Made by a program: the position numbers and the translations under genes | The notes under the pieces: generated by a model | Seen by the model: the letters and a program-made list of their open reading frames with translations, nothing else | Told to the model about the DNA's origin: nothing | The model's database searches: none | Shown here: piece after piece, positions 1 to 10,873 of the stretch | Layout: each line of letters starts with the position of its first letter | How positions within the stretch are numbered: position 1 is the stretch's first letter | Origin: an uncultured Rhodospirillaceae bacterium | GTDB taxonomy: Bacteria; Pseudomonadota; Alphaproteobacteria; UBA9219 | Length of the DNA: 64,000 nucleotides | NCBI GenBank assembly: GCA_964453225.1 | Contig: CAYVNS010000009.1 | Location: 6,794 to 70,793 of the forward strand | Direction of reading: 5' to 3'

Positions 1-452
1 AAGAACGGCCGGAATGCGCCGCTTGCGCAGGGCCTGAAGCGTGTTGGGCCAAAGCTCGGATTCCACCCAGAGGGCCAGCATCGGGCGCCAGTGATCCAGA
101 AAGCGCGCGACGCACGGTTGCAGGTCGATCGGCGCGTATTGATGAAAGGCGTAAGACGGCAGGCGCGCGCCGATGGTGCGCGCGGCCGTAAGGGTGCCGG
201 TCGTGAGCAATATATGAAGGCCGGGCTGCGCGTCGTGCAGTTTCTCGATCAAAAGCAGAAGCGATGACGCCTCGCCCACGCTGGCCGCGTGGCACCAGAC
301 AACGCGCCCGATGGGCCGCGCGAGGGATGGGAAGCCGAACCGCTCATCGAAACGCTCGGCATCCTCTTTGCCGCGGGCGCGGCGGCGGCGCAAATAAGCC
401 CCCACGAGCGGCGCGCCGAGGACGGTGAAGAGGCGATAGGCGTTTGCGAACA
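1..452 (-). CDS. waaA: 3-deoxy-D-manno-octulosonic acid (Kdo) transferase, N-terminal portion; the gene runs off the window start
   Basis: Minus-strand translation from the ATG (plus 'cat' 450-452) gives MFANAYRLFTVLGAPLVGAYLRRRRARGKEDAERF...WCHAASVGE...ESELWPN, matching KdtA/WaaA N-terminal signatures. No stop occurs before position 1. Confidence 0.75.
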
Positions 453-467
453 TAAGGTTTCCGGTGT

Positions 468-1415
468 CTAGGAGGAGGGCGGGGCCGGTTGCGGCGTGGC
501 GCGGCTGAATTTGTTTTTAATTTTTTCCCATGCGCCCGCCAAGGATAGCACCTGTTGCTTGCCGTCGATCAGGCAAAAATCGCCCCACGGGGAAAGGGTG
601 CGTATGCCGTCGGGAAAGGCCGGATCGGGCGGGTCGAGGCGCGCCGCTTCCCGCTCTTCATAGGCGAGCGGCGTGCACATGACGATTTCCATGATGCGCA
701 AGGCGTCGCGGCGGTCCGAGGTGTCGCGAGCCGGCCGATAAAGCTTTTTCCCGACTTTGAAAACGCCGCCCGCGTTGCGGCAGGCCTTAAGGCCGATCTG
801 CACGGGGTTGGCGGAATGCAGTTTCCACGGCCCCGTGAGGCGGGACGAATAGATCAGGTGCAGATTTTCGCGCGGCGTCTTCGTCAAATCCGTATAGGAA
901 ATCCAGAACCAGCCGTCCTTTTCGAAAAGGACCGCGTTGGCGACTTTCTTGTCGTCGTAAATGACGGCATGCGGCGCCCAAAGGCCTTCCTGTTCCTGCC
1001 AGCGCAGAATTTCGAGCCGTCCCGACGCGCGGGAATCCGGCAACATATAGACGACGCCTTCGCGCATGAAAAGGAACGGAAACGCCAAGGGTTCGGGCAA
1101 CGGCAAAGCAAGGGGGACTTCGGCCCCAATCCCGCCCCCCTCGATACGGATGGCGGTGACGTCTTTCTTTCCCGCAGTCAAATCGGTGTTTTCGCAAACG
1201 AACGTGTCGGCGCTGCCCGGCCATGGAAACGGGCAGGCGAGCGAACGGTTCGGGCTTGCGTCGATCCAGCGCACGACGGGCCGTTTTTTGGCTTTCAAAA
1301 GGGCGGGCAGGGGCTGGTCGATGACGCCGACCATCCAGCGCTCGCGGTAGAAAAGCCGTCGGATCAGGCGCTGCGCATGACCGGACCATTTAATGGCGCT
1401 GGGTTGAAGCATCAC
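468..1415 (-). CDS. Hypothetical protein, possibly a beta-propeller glycoside-hydrolase-like fold. Co-oriented and directly upstream of waaA.
   Basis: 315-aa ORF with no internal stops and coding-like composition. No family signature could be assigned from the sequence alone. Confidence 0.5.
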   Translation of the reverse strand: MMLQPSAIKWSGHAQRLIRRLFYRERWMVGVIDQPLPALLKAKKRPVVRWIDASPNRSLACPFPWPGSADTFVCENTDLTAGKKDVTAIRIEGGGIGAEVPLALPLPEPLAFPFLFMREGVVYMLPDSRASGRLEILRWQEQEGLWAPHAVIYDDKKVANAVLFEKDGWFWISYTDLTKTPRENLHLIYSSRLTGPWKLHSANPVQIGLKACRNAGGVFKVGKKLYRPARDTSDRRDALRIMEIVMCTPLAYEEREAARLDPPDPAFPDGIRTLSPWGDFCLIDGKQQVLSLAGAWEKIKNKFSRATPQPAPPSS

Positions 1416-1493
1416 AAATTCCTTTGGCGGCCAGATTATCCCTCAACGCCCCTCAGCGTCAAAATGAATTATCGCTTAACGCGAGCCGCCGCA

Positions 1494-3698
1494 TCAGCGG
1501 TCTTTTGAGATGCGCTGCGCGTTGAGCACGACGAGAATCGAGGAAAGCGCCATGGCAACGGCGGCCACCATGGGGGTCACCAGTCCCGCCATCGCTATCG
1601 GTACGGCAATAATGTTGTAGGCAAAGGATAAAAAGAAGTTTTCCTTCACCAGTTTTTCCGCTCGCTGTGAAAGGGAAAGAGCCTCGACAACCGCATGCAG
1701 GCTGCTCCCCTGAAAAACAATGTCGGCGGCATTTTGCGCGATATCGAGGGCGGCGGAAGGCGACATCGACACATCCGCCGTGGCCAGCGCGGGGGCGTCG
1801 TTCAAGCCGTCCCCGACCATAAGAATCTTGTGCCCTTCTTTTCTAAGCGCTTCGATTTTAAAGGTTTTATCCTGGGGGGTCGCTTGAGCGACAAACGCGT
1901 CGATGCCCACGGCGGCGGCGACGGCTTTGACGGCCGTTTCGCGGTCGCCCGAAAGCAGCAGCGTTTGATAGCCGCGTTGCTTGAGTTCCACAACCGTGCG
2001 CTTCGCGTCGCGGCGCAGCTCATCGGTAAACGCGAAGCGAACGGGCGTGCTGCCCTCGACGCAAAGCCACAATTCGGGGCTATCGCTCGGCGGCGCAGCG
2101 GCGTTCCCGCACCAATCGCGCCGGCCAAGCCTTATGTTTTTCCCCTCGCGCTGCGCCTTCAGCCCTTTGCCGGGCATTTCGTCGACGGCCATGTCGATGA
2201 TTTTGCCGCCATACATGTCATGAAGCGCGCGCGCCAGCGGATGCCGGCTTTTTGCGGCAAGGGACGCCGCGAGCTGCATGTTGAGGGAGCCGATCTCGGA
2301 CGGATTGGCCAGTAGGGGGCGGCCTTGGGTCAGCGTGCCGGTTTTGTCGAACGCAACCGTATCGATTTTGGCTAAACGCTCCAGCGCATCCGCCGATTTC
2401 AGCAAAAGGCCGCGCTTAAAAAGCCTTCCGCTGGCAAGAACTTGCACCGCCGGGACGGCAAGGCCAAGCGCGCAGGGGCAGGTGATGATCAAAACCGTCA
2501 TCGCCGCCAAAAGGGAATCCTGCCACGGCCTTCCAAGAATGGGATTCCAAAGAATATAGGTCGTCGCCGCCAGAAGATGCACCACGGGCGTATAGGCGCG
2601 GGCGGCCTTGTCGGCAAGGCGCACATAGCGGGCATGGCCTTGCTCGGCGCGCTCCATGAGGCGAATCACGTCGCTGAGAAGGCTTTCGCTGCTGGAGGCT
2701 TTCAGGCGCACCGCAAGCGGCGCCAACACATTGACCATGCCGCCCAAAACGCGCGTCCCCGCGGCGACCGGCTGGGTAAGCGATTCCCCCGTCAACGGGC
2801 TGGGGTCGATCTCGGAGGAGCCGGATTCCACGACGCCGTCCGCCGCAATGGCTTCGCCGGCGGCGACCTGAAGAAGCATGCCGGCCTTAAGATCGCGAGT
2901 GGGAATCGCGCGTAAGCGCCCATCCTCCCGTATGGTGGCCGTGCCGGATATCATGGCAAGGAGGTCTTGCGCCGCGTTTTTGACGCGCCGGCGGGTGCGG
3001 AAATCCAGGTAGCGCCCGATAAGAAGAAGGAACAAAAGCATTGTTCCGGAGTCGAAATAAACATAAGCCCCGTGATGGAAGATTTCGAAGAGACTCATGC
3101 CCATGGTCATGATCAGGGCAACGCTGATCGGCACGTCCATATTTGTTCGAAAAACGCGTAACGCTTTGAAAGCAGAGAGGAAAAAGGGCATGCCGGCATA
3201 AAGAACCGTGGGGATGGCGATGATGGCCGAGGCCCACTGAAGCGTCCGATGCAGGCCTTCGGGCCACATATGCGGCGACAAGAGCATCAAGGCGAGCGAG
3301 GCCGCACCCGAAACGCCCAAGGCTATGCGCAAGGCCCTGTCTTCGCGGTTTTGCGAGGGGCCTTCCGGCCCCAGAGGCGCAACTTTGTACCCAAGGGCAG
3401 AGACCTTTTCGAGCAGCGCTTCCCCGCGCTCGACGCCGCCTTTCCATCCGAGGGAAAGCTGGCCGGCGCCGAGGCTGACGCGCGCATCGACCTCGGGTTC
3501 GCTATTCAGGGCTTCTTCAATGGCAAGTGCACACGAGGCGCAGTGCATGCCGAGGATGCGCGCGCGCAAGGCGAAACCGCCATCGCCGGCTTCAGGGGCG
3601 AATCGGGCAAGGATGCTTTGCTTTGGTGCAGATTTTAAGCTCATTGTTTCACGCTGATAGTCTAAAATGTCCGGTATTTCGACTCTTCCCGCCTGCAT
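1494..3698 (-). CDS. copA: Copper-translocating P1B-type ATPase (CopA/FixI-like)
   Basis: N-terminal HMA motif GMHCASCA, CPC motif ITCPCALGLAVP, phosphorylation site DKTGTLT and hinge GDGLNDAPAL in a 734-aa ORF. The exact start is uncertain (alternative Met at METMSLKS). Confidence 0.9.
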   Translation of the reverse strand: MQAGRVEIPDILDYQRETMSLKSAPKQSILARFAPEAGDGGFALRARILGMHCASCALAIEEALNSEPEVDARVSLGAGQLSLGWKGGVERGEALLEKVSALGYKVAPLGPEGPSQNREDRALRIALGVSGAASLALMLLSPHMWPEGLHRTLQWASAIIAIPTVLYAGMPFFLSAFKALRVFRTNMDVPISVALIMTMGMSLFEIFHHGAYVYFDSGTMLLFLLLIGRYLDFRTRRRVKNAAQDLLAMISGTATIREDGRLRAIPTRDLKAGMLLQVAAGEAIAADGVVESGSSEIDPSPLTGESLTQPVAAGTRVLGGMVNVLAPLAVRLKASSSESLLSDVIRLMERAEQGHARYVRLADKAARAYTPVVHLLAATTYILWNPILGRPWQDSLLAAMTVLIITCPCALGLAVPAVQVLASGRLFKRGLLLKSADALERLAKIDTVAFDKTGTLTQGRPLLANPSEIGSLNMQLAASLAAKSRHPLARALHDMYGGKIIDMAVDEMPGKGLKAQREGKNIRLGRRDWCGNAAAPPSDSPELWLCVEGSTPVRFAFTDELRRDAKRTVVELKQRGYQTLLLSGDRETAVKAVAAAVGIDAFVAQATPQDKTFKIEALRKEGHKILMVGDGLNDAPALATADVSMSPSAALDIAQNAADIVFQGSSLHAVVEALSLSQRAEKLVKENFFLSFAYNIIAVPIAMAGLVTPMVAAVAMALSSILVVLNAQRISKDR

Positions 3699-3740
3699 TT
3701 CTTTCTTTTACCATGCCTTGGCTTTTGGTAGTTTCCTTTT

Positions 3741-4424
3741 ATGACAGCGTCGTCCCAGTCCTTGTCTTTGCCTCCCTTGTCCCTGTTGGAGGAATTCCTT
3801 CTTCTGGCCCTTGATGACCGGACGCAAGAGCTTGACGCCCTCGATTCCGGGACGCTCGATATCGCCACGGCCGGCGCCATTCTTATGGATTTAACGCTGC
3901 GCAACCGAATCGACAACGATTTGCGGGATATGTTTACGTCCGATGCGGCTCCGACGGGCGACGATATTCTGGATCCCGCCTTGCAAATGATCGCGCTGGC
4001 GCCCGTTCTCACGCCGCACCCCATCGCCTATTGGCTCAGGCAAATCGCGGACGACGCGCAAGCGATCCGCGAGAAGGCTTTGGCGCGCCTCGAAAAACGC
4101 GGGATCGTTCAGCGCCGGAACAAGCGCGTTTTTTGGATTTTGGGCAAAAGGCGCTACCCCCTTATGGACCAGCAAGAGGTGCGGGAAGTCAGGGAAAGGA
4201 TTTTGAGCATCGTGCTTGGCGACGAGGTGCCCTCGCCGCGCGACATTATGCTGACCAGCCTTGCCGAGGCGTGCGGGCTGTTTCATAAAATCCTCGGCAA
4301 GAACCAGCGCGATATCGCCGGCGTTCGCATCCGGCAGGTGTCGCGGCTTGATCTTATCGGCCAGGCGGTCGCCAAAAGCGTGAGCGACATTCACAACGTC
4401 TTGGCGGAGGCGTCGGGATTTTAA
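3741..4424 (+). CDS. GPP34 (GOLPH3/Vps74-like) family protein
   Basis: LSLLEEFLLLALDDRT...LDIATAGAILMDLTL pattern, typical of bacterial GPP34 proteins; 227 aa. Divergent from copA. Confidence 0.6.
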   Translation: MTASSQSLSLPPLSLLEEFLLLALDDRTQELDALDSGTLDIATAGAILMDLTLRNRIDNDLRDMFTSDAAPTGDDILDPALQMIALAPVLTPHPIAYWLRQIADDAQAIREKALARLEKRGIVQRRNKRVFWILGKRRYPLMDQQEVREVRERILSIVLGDEVPSPRDIMLTSLAEACGLFHKILGKNQRDIAGVRIRQVSRLDLIGQAVAKSVSDIHNVLAEASGF

Positions 4425-4425
4425 C

Positions 4426-6036
4426 ATGATCAAAAACGGTTTTTTGCTTTTCGGCGTTTTGTTTTTTTCCGGCGCGGCCCTCGCGCAGGAAGCGCCGCCA
4501 CCGCGCAAGATGCCGCGCGTTCCCGTCAGCCGCGAATTTTTGCCGTCGGGGCGCGAACCCATGCCGGCTTCCCGCGAAAAGCACGGCATCGCCGCCGTGA
4601 TCGACGGCGAGAAACTTCGGATCGGCGAGACGAATTTGCGCCTTTTCGGCATCGTGCCGCCCCAGCTTTCGGCCAGTTTCGGGCCGCAGGCGCGCGGCGA
4701 GCTCGATACGCTGGCGGGCGGGCAAAACGTTGCTTGCCAGATCCGCGACCGCGACCGCGACGGGTGGCTGCTGGCGACGTGCCAGAATAACGCCGGCAAC
4801 GATCTCGCGCTCGAATTGTTGAAACGAGGCCTTGCCGTCGCTGCGCGCGGCTCGATCGCCGACACGGAACTGGCCGTCACTTATTTGGGCGCGGAGCAGG
4901 CGGCGCAGGCGCAGAAACTGGGGCTTTGGTCGGCCTCCTCTTACGCGAGCGTTTCGGCCACCCCCGTGGCGCCCAAGGAAGGCGTTGAGGCGAAAAAGGA
5001 AGAACAAACCGCCGCCAAGGCCGACGCGCAGACGCAAGCCAAAATCGCGGCGGATGTTTTATCCGAGCAGGCGCGGCTCGATGAAATGGGCGGCGAGCCC
5101 GGCGAGGCGCGCGGGTTTTTTGAACGCTTTCAAATTTTGCTTGCCGGCATTCTGGCCGTGCTTACGGCGCTGGGGATTCTGGGCGTTTTGGCGGTGCAGC
5201 GAAACAGGGAGCGGTGCGAAGAGCTTCGGGGGCTGGCCGCCGCGTTGCGCGGGGAGCTGACCGCCATGCGCAATATCTGCGCGGGACGCGCCAAAAGCAT
5301 CGCCAGCGAGGTGGACGACCGGGTCGCCGCGTGGCCGCGCCTTCGGGCCACGTTGTATCAGGCCTATGTGGGGACGCTTGGGTGCCTCGGCGCCGATCTG
5401 GCGCGCCAAATCGCCACGATTTACGGGCAATCCAGCGACTTCGCCGCTTATTACAATCCGGCATCCGGCATGCCCGATGCGCCGAAAAAGCAGGCTTTGG
5501 AGGCCTTGGTCAAGCACATCGACGAGATTTTGCCGCGCCTTGCGGTGATCGAAAAGACGGGCAAGATTCCCACGACAGGCTACATCAGCGCCGTGCGCCG
5601 GGTGTCCGCTGAGGCGAAATCGAACATTGCCGCTTATCGTCCGCCCATGCGGATCGCCGCTCCCGCTCCTGCACCGGCCGCGCCCACGCTTGTTGCGCCC
5701 GTGCCGACAGCGGCCGCCGCGCCTGCCGCGCCGATTGAGCCGCCGGCGGCAGCGGTAGCGCCATCGCCACCGCCTGCCGCAAGAACAACGCCGCCGGTTC
5801 CGACGCCTCTGTCGCGGGTGGCGGCGCGCGTGTCGTCGCTTCCGTTAAGGGAGCGGGCAACCTCTTTCCTGCGGAGCTGCCGCGAGGCCATGGCAAGGCC
5901 GCCCGCGCCGCCGCCCTCCCCCATCGACCCGCAAAGCGCGGAATACACTGCCCTCATCGAGGCCGAGATGATGCGGTATCAGTATGAAGAGCAGATACGG
6001 TCGATTGAGACCTTACAGCAGAAGCGGCGGGGATAG
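4426..6036 (+). CDS. Secreted/membrane thermonuclease (SNase)-like domain protein with an internal TM helix and a Pro/Ala-rich C-terminal region
   Basis: Signal peptide MIKNGFLLFGVLFFSGAALAQEA. The SNase-like core LRIGETNLRLFGIVPP...GWLLATCQNNAGNDLALELLKRGLA follows. A hydrophobic helix ILLAGILAVLTALGILGVLAV is present. The C-terminal half is low-complexity PAPAPAAPT... The start codon sits 2 bp after the stop of the GPP34 gene. Confidence 0.6.
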   Translation: MIKNGFLLFGVLFFSGAALAQEAPPPRKMPRVPVSREFLPSGREPMPASREKHGIAAVIDGEKLRIGETNLRLFGIVPPQLSASFGPQARGELDTLAGGQNVACQIRDRDRDGWLLATCQNNAGNDLALELLKRGLAVAARGSIADTELAVTYLGAEQAAQAQKLGLWSASSYASVSATPVAPKEGVEAKKEEQTAAKADAQTQAKIAADVLSEQARLDEMGGEPGEARGFFERFQILLAGILAVLTALGILGVLAVQRNRERCEELRGLAAALRGELTAMRNICAGRAKSIASEVDDRVAAWPRLRATLYQAYVGTLGCLGADLARQIATIYGQSSDFAAYYNPASGMPDAPKKQALEALVKHIDEILPRLAVIEKTGKIPTTGYISAVRRVSAEAKSNIAAYRPPMRIAAPAPAPAAPTLVAPVPTAAAAPAAPIEPPAAAVAPSPPPAARTTPPVPTPLSRVAARVSSLPLRERATSFLRSCREAMARPPAPPPSPIDPQSAEYTALIEAEMMRYQYEEQIRSIETLQQKRRG

Positions 6037-6098
6037 CCTAATCCGGCTGGACGGGCGATAGGTCGCCCCCCCCTTCAAACGGAATCAAAAAACTAAAT

Positions 6099-6134
6099 GG
6101 GATGCCCGCCTTCGCGGGCATGACGGTAGTTCTA
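6099..6134. repeat. REP-like hairpin element, family 3 (GGGATGCCCGCC-TTC-GCGGGCATGACG...)
   Basis: 8-bp perfect stem atgcccgc/gcgggcat. Related copies occur at 19070-19118 and 52074-52140, with a degenerate one at 50738-50795. Confidence 0.6.
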
Positions 6135-6172
6135 ACTGAAAGGGAATTGCACTAGGCGTACCTTTTGCATCA

Positions 6173-6203
6173 ATAAAAAAGGAGGAAGCTTTCGCCTCCT
6201 CCC
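6173..6203 (-). terminator. Rho-independent terminator downstream of atpA; may also serve the convergent plus-strand gene
   Basis: The A-run caataaaaaa is followed by the hairpin ggaggaagc-tttc-gcctcctcc (6181-6202). On the minus strand this reads as a GC stem followed by a U-run. Confidence 0.55.
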
Positions 6204-6225
6204 TTTGAAAAGCATAGCGGGCTTT

Positions 6226-7758
<1,533 letters not shown>

Positions 7759-7815
7759 TAGGCTGCTCCTTTTGTATGTTGGGGGGCCGTTCCGCCGCTT
7801 TTTCAAAAAGCGGGT

Positions 7816-8400
7816 TTAGGCCGTTTCCCTTGCTTCTTTAAGATTGCGTTCCAAAAGATCCAATTTCGTTTTGACCGAGGCGTCGATGAACCGGGACCCC
7901 ACCTTGATGGTCAGGCCGCCGATAATCGACGGGTCCTCGATCAACGAGAGGCGAATTTTTCCTTTGATGGCCGCGGCCAGAAGGGTCGAGAGCTGGCGCC
8001 GCTGATTGTCGGACAAGGGCCGCGCCGCGCGCACGTCCGCGCGGAACTCGCCGCGCTTGGCGCTGACGACATCGATGAACCGTTCAACCAGCGCCGGAAG
8101 CAGGTTCAGGCGGTGGTTCTGCGCCAGCACGGCTAGGAAGTTGGCGGTTAATTTATGGAAAGAGGCCGCCGCCGCGACGGTCGCAACCGCTTCGGTTGTC
8201 GCGTCGCTTGGAAGGCGCGGATCGGAGGCGATGAAGCGCCATTCGGCGCTTTCTTTCCAAAGGCTTTGGAGATTCGCAAAATCGGACAAAAGCGTGTCCA
8301 CCGCGCCGCTCGGTTCGGCCAGTTCAAAGAGCGCGTCAACGTAACGCTTGGCGAGAATCGCGCTGTCTCCCGCGGCGGATCGGGTGGAGGTTTCGGACAC
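7816..8400 (-). CDS. atpH: F0F1 ATP synthase delta (OSCP) subunit
   Basis: 194 aa with the OSCP-like pattern AKRYVDALFELAEP...LSLIEDPSIIGGLTIKVGSRFIDASVKTKL, located directly upstream of atpA. Confidence 0.9.
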   Translation of the reverse strand: MSETSTRSAAGDSAILAKRYVDALFELAEPSGAVDTLLSDFANLQSLWKESAEWRFIASDPRLPSDATTEAVATVAAAASFHKLTANFLAVLAQNHRLNLLPALVERFIDVVSAKRGEFRADVRAARPLSDNQRRQLSTLLAAAIKGKIRLSLIEDPSIIGGLTIKVGSRFIDASVKTKLDLLERNLKEARETA

Positions 8401-8472
8401 GTCGAGGACCTTTTAAATGATTATATCCCGCGCATCAGATAGCAAAGCCTCTCCGTCGATGCAACTAGAGTC

Positions 8473-8703
8473 GTGGCCATGATTCGCGAATTTTTCACAA
8501 TGAAAAAGATAAGAGAAAGACGCGGCCCCGGAAGCATCCAAAGGAAAAGAAAAATGCCTAAAAAACAGGCAAATCGGCGTGGCTTTACGGCGCGCGAGGG
8601 GTATGAAAGCAAGAAGGCTCTGTCTTTTGGCTTTCATCATGCTTATAAAGGGACTTTCGGCAGGCATTTTCAACAGTCGGAGGCGGCAAAGGCATCCCTA
8701 TGA
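8473..8703 (+). CDS. Small basic protein, hypothetical; possibly translationally coupled to the next gene
   Basis: 76-aa ORF rich in K/R. Its TGA stop overlaps the ATG of the 8700 gene (ATGA). The true start may lie at an internal Met (MKKIRERRG or MPKKQANRRG). Confidence 0.3.
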   Translation: MAMIREFFTMKKIRERRGPGSIQRKRKMPKKQANRRGFTAREGYESKKALSFGFHHAYKGTFGRHFQQSEAAKASL

Positions 8704-9371
8704 TCGATTTTTCGTTCCAGACGCTTCCCGCGCCCGAGGCGCAGAAATTCCTGTCCGATATTGCTTCCGAGATAGCGCCGGTCACCTTTTCGGACAAGAC
8801 GACGGTTCAGGCGGCCGCCTTGCCCTTTTACGATCAGTTCAAGCTTTACGCCGTGAGCGACAACGCGCTGCCTCAGCCGAACACGCGGTATATGCTTTAT
8901 AAGCCGGGCGATCTGAGCCTCCTCAACTGGACGAACGAGCCGATTTACAGCGTCAACGAGCGCGCCCCGATCAAGGTGGATCGCAAGACCGCCATTCCTT
9001 ATGCGCGCTTTTTCTTTCACTTTGTGCGCGGGCAGCTGGGGCGCTTTATCATTGTCGAAAAGCCCGAGGAGGTCGTTTGGCTGTCCAGCGCCGAGGACAA
9101 GGAAAAGGCCGACGTCAACGAGCGGCTCATGCCGGTCACCTATAAAGGAATCGGGCGCGATAATTTGTTGACGTTGCAGGCGACCGTGATTTTCAAAAAC
9201 GCGCTTTTCAAGACGGACATCAAGATGGCGCCGTTCGAGATGGACGTTTTCGATCCCGATCTGAACGCGCCGGAGCACTTCACCATCGGGCAGATGAAGC
9301 TGACGAACGAAGATCTGCTGCTTGAGGATCTGAATGTGCCGGTGGATCCGCCGCCCGGGGAATTCGGTTAA
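8700..9371 (+). CDS. Hypothetical protein
   Basis: 223-aa ORF with clean coding composition and no recognisable motif. Confidence 0.6.
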   Translation: MIDFSFQTLPAPEAQKFLSDIASEIAPVTFSDKTTVQAAALPFYDQFKLYAVSDNALPQPNTRYMLYKPGDLSLLNWTNEPIYSVNERAPIKVDRKTAIPYARFFFHFVRGQLGRFIIVEKPEEVVWLSSAEDKEKADVNERLMPVTYKGIGRDNLLTLQATVIFKNALFKTDIKMAPFEMDVFDPDLNAPEHFTIGQMKLTNEDLLLEDLNVPVDPPPGEFG

Positions 9372-9384
9372 ACCTGTCCATAAT

Positions 9385-9498
9385 CTCGTGAGGTTGGCCT
9401 GCAAATCGCCGTTTTCCCGATTTTTTCTGCTCACGTACGTTTGAGTACGCTGCGCGAAAAAATCAGAAAAACAACGATTTTCGGCTCAACCTGACGAG
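9385..9498. repeat. Long imperfect palindromic intergenic element (RIME/MITE-like), family 4, copy 1
   Basis: Nested inverted arms ctcgtgaggttggcc...ggctcaacctgacgag and gattttttctgc...gcgaaaaaatc surround the core ctgctcacgtacgTttgagtacgctgcgcg. A second copy with the same core but different, still complementary, arms lies at 40073-40198. Confidence 0.7.
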
Positions 9499-9562
9499 TT
9501 TCTGAACAGGTTTTTTAAGGACATTAAACGAGCACGATAAACTTAAAATTAGAAAAATTTTC

Positions 9563-10873
9563 ATGACTCCAGCGGCACGTATCGAGGCAACCCTTGAACT
9601 CTTGAAAGAAATCGCCGATCTGCCGCGGCCGGCCGATGCGCTTGTGAGCGCGTATTTCCGCGCACGGCGCTATATCGGCAGCCACGACCGCGGCGATGTG
9701 TCGGCGCGGCTTTATGCGGTGCTGCGGCATCAGGCGCGGCTGGATTGGTGGCTGGATAAAACCGGCGCGTCGCGCGGGCCGAGGGGAAGGTTGCTTGTGT
9801 GGCTTGTTCTCGGCGAAAAGCTCAAAGCCAAAAGCATCGACGAGATGTTCAACGGCGGCAAATTCAACCCCGAACCTTTGACAAAGGAAGAGCAAGCGGG
9901 CCTTTGCAAGCTTGAAGGCGGCACGGTCGAGCATCCGGACATGCCGGAGGCAACAAGGGCCGAGTGCCCGCCGGCGATGTTGGCGCCGCTGAAGCAGAAA
10001 TTCGGCGACCGTTTCCTTGACGAGATGCGCGCGATGCAGGAGCCCGCGCCCCTTGATTTGCGCATCAATCCTTTGAAGGCTTCGCGGGAGGATATTGTTA
10101 AGGAGCTGAATAAGCTTGGGTTTAAGGCGCAGCGGGGCTCTTTGTCCCCGTGGAGCGTTCGGGTCTTCGACAGGCCCGCGCTAAACGCCTTGCCGATGCT
10201 GAAAAACGGCCTTGTGGAAATCCAGGACGAGGGATCGCAGCTTGTGGCTCTGGCCGTGGGCGCGAAACCCGGAGAGCGCATATGCGATTTCTGCGCCGGC
10301 GCCGGCGGCAAGACGCTGGCCCTTGCGGCCATGATGCACAATACCGGCAAGATCATGGCCTTCGATATCAGGGAGGGGCGGCTGGCCCGCAGCTCCGAGC
10401 GCTTTCGCCGCGCGGGGGTCTTTAACGTCGAAACACGCGTCTTGAAAAGCGAGCGCGACCCGTGGATCAAAAAGCATAAGGGAAGCTTTGACCGAGTCCT
10501 TGTCGATGCGCCGTGCGGCGGCACAGGCACCTGGCGGCGCAACCCCGATGCGCGGTGGCGGGAGAGCGGCGAGGGGATGGCGAAACTCGTCAAAACCCAA
10601 GCGGCGATTTTGGACAGCGCGGCGCGGCTGGTGAAGGCGGGCGGCCGGCTGGTTTATGCGACCTGTTCCTTGTTGCCCGAGGAAAACGAAAGGCAGGCCG
10701 AGCTTTTCCTGGCGGCGCATCCGGCCTTTGCGGCGGTTCCCTGCGGGCTGAAGGACGAGATGTATCTTTCCCTGTCGCCCGCGCGGCACGGCACGGACGG
10801 CTTTTTTGCGGCGGCGTTTGAGAGAAAGAGTGAGAAAGGGTCAGAAGACCTTTCCCAGAATAATACCGATTAG
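9563..10873 (+). CDS. rsmB: 16S rRNA m5C methyltransferase, RsmB/Sun (NOL1/NOP2/Sun) family
   Basis: SAM-binding motif DFCAGAGGKT and catalytic motif DAPCGGTGTWRRNPD; 436 aa with an N-terminal NusB-like region. Confidence 0.85.
   Translation: MTPAARIEATLELLKEIADLPRPADALVSAYFRARRYIGSHDRGDVSARLYAVLRHQARLDWWLDKTGASRGPRGRLLVWLVLGEKLKAKSIDEMFNGGKFNPEPLTKEEQAGLCKLEGGTVEHPDMPEATRAECPPAMLAPLKQKFGDRFLDEMRAMQEPAPLDLRINPLKASREDIVKELNKLGFKAQRGSLSPWSVRVFDRPALNALPMLKNGLVEIQDEGSQLVALAVGAKPGERICDFCAGAGGKTLALAAMMHNTGKIMAFDIREGRLARSSERFRRAGVFNVETRVLKSERDPWIKKHKGSFDRVLVDAPCGGTGTWRRNPDARWRESGEGMAKLVKTQAAILDSAARLVKAGGRLVYATCSLLPEENERQAELFLAAHPAFAAVPCGLKDEMYLSLSPARHGTDGFFAAAFERKSEKGSEDLSQNNTD

Noticed and set aside
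555-1508. 317-aa plus-strand ORF and other long ORFs overlapping 468-1415 and 1494-3698
   Set aside because: Antisense shadow frames in high-GC DNA. The minus-strand products have recognisable family signatures (P-type ATPase), and the plus frames do not.
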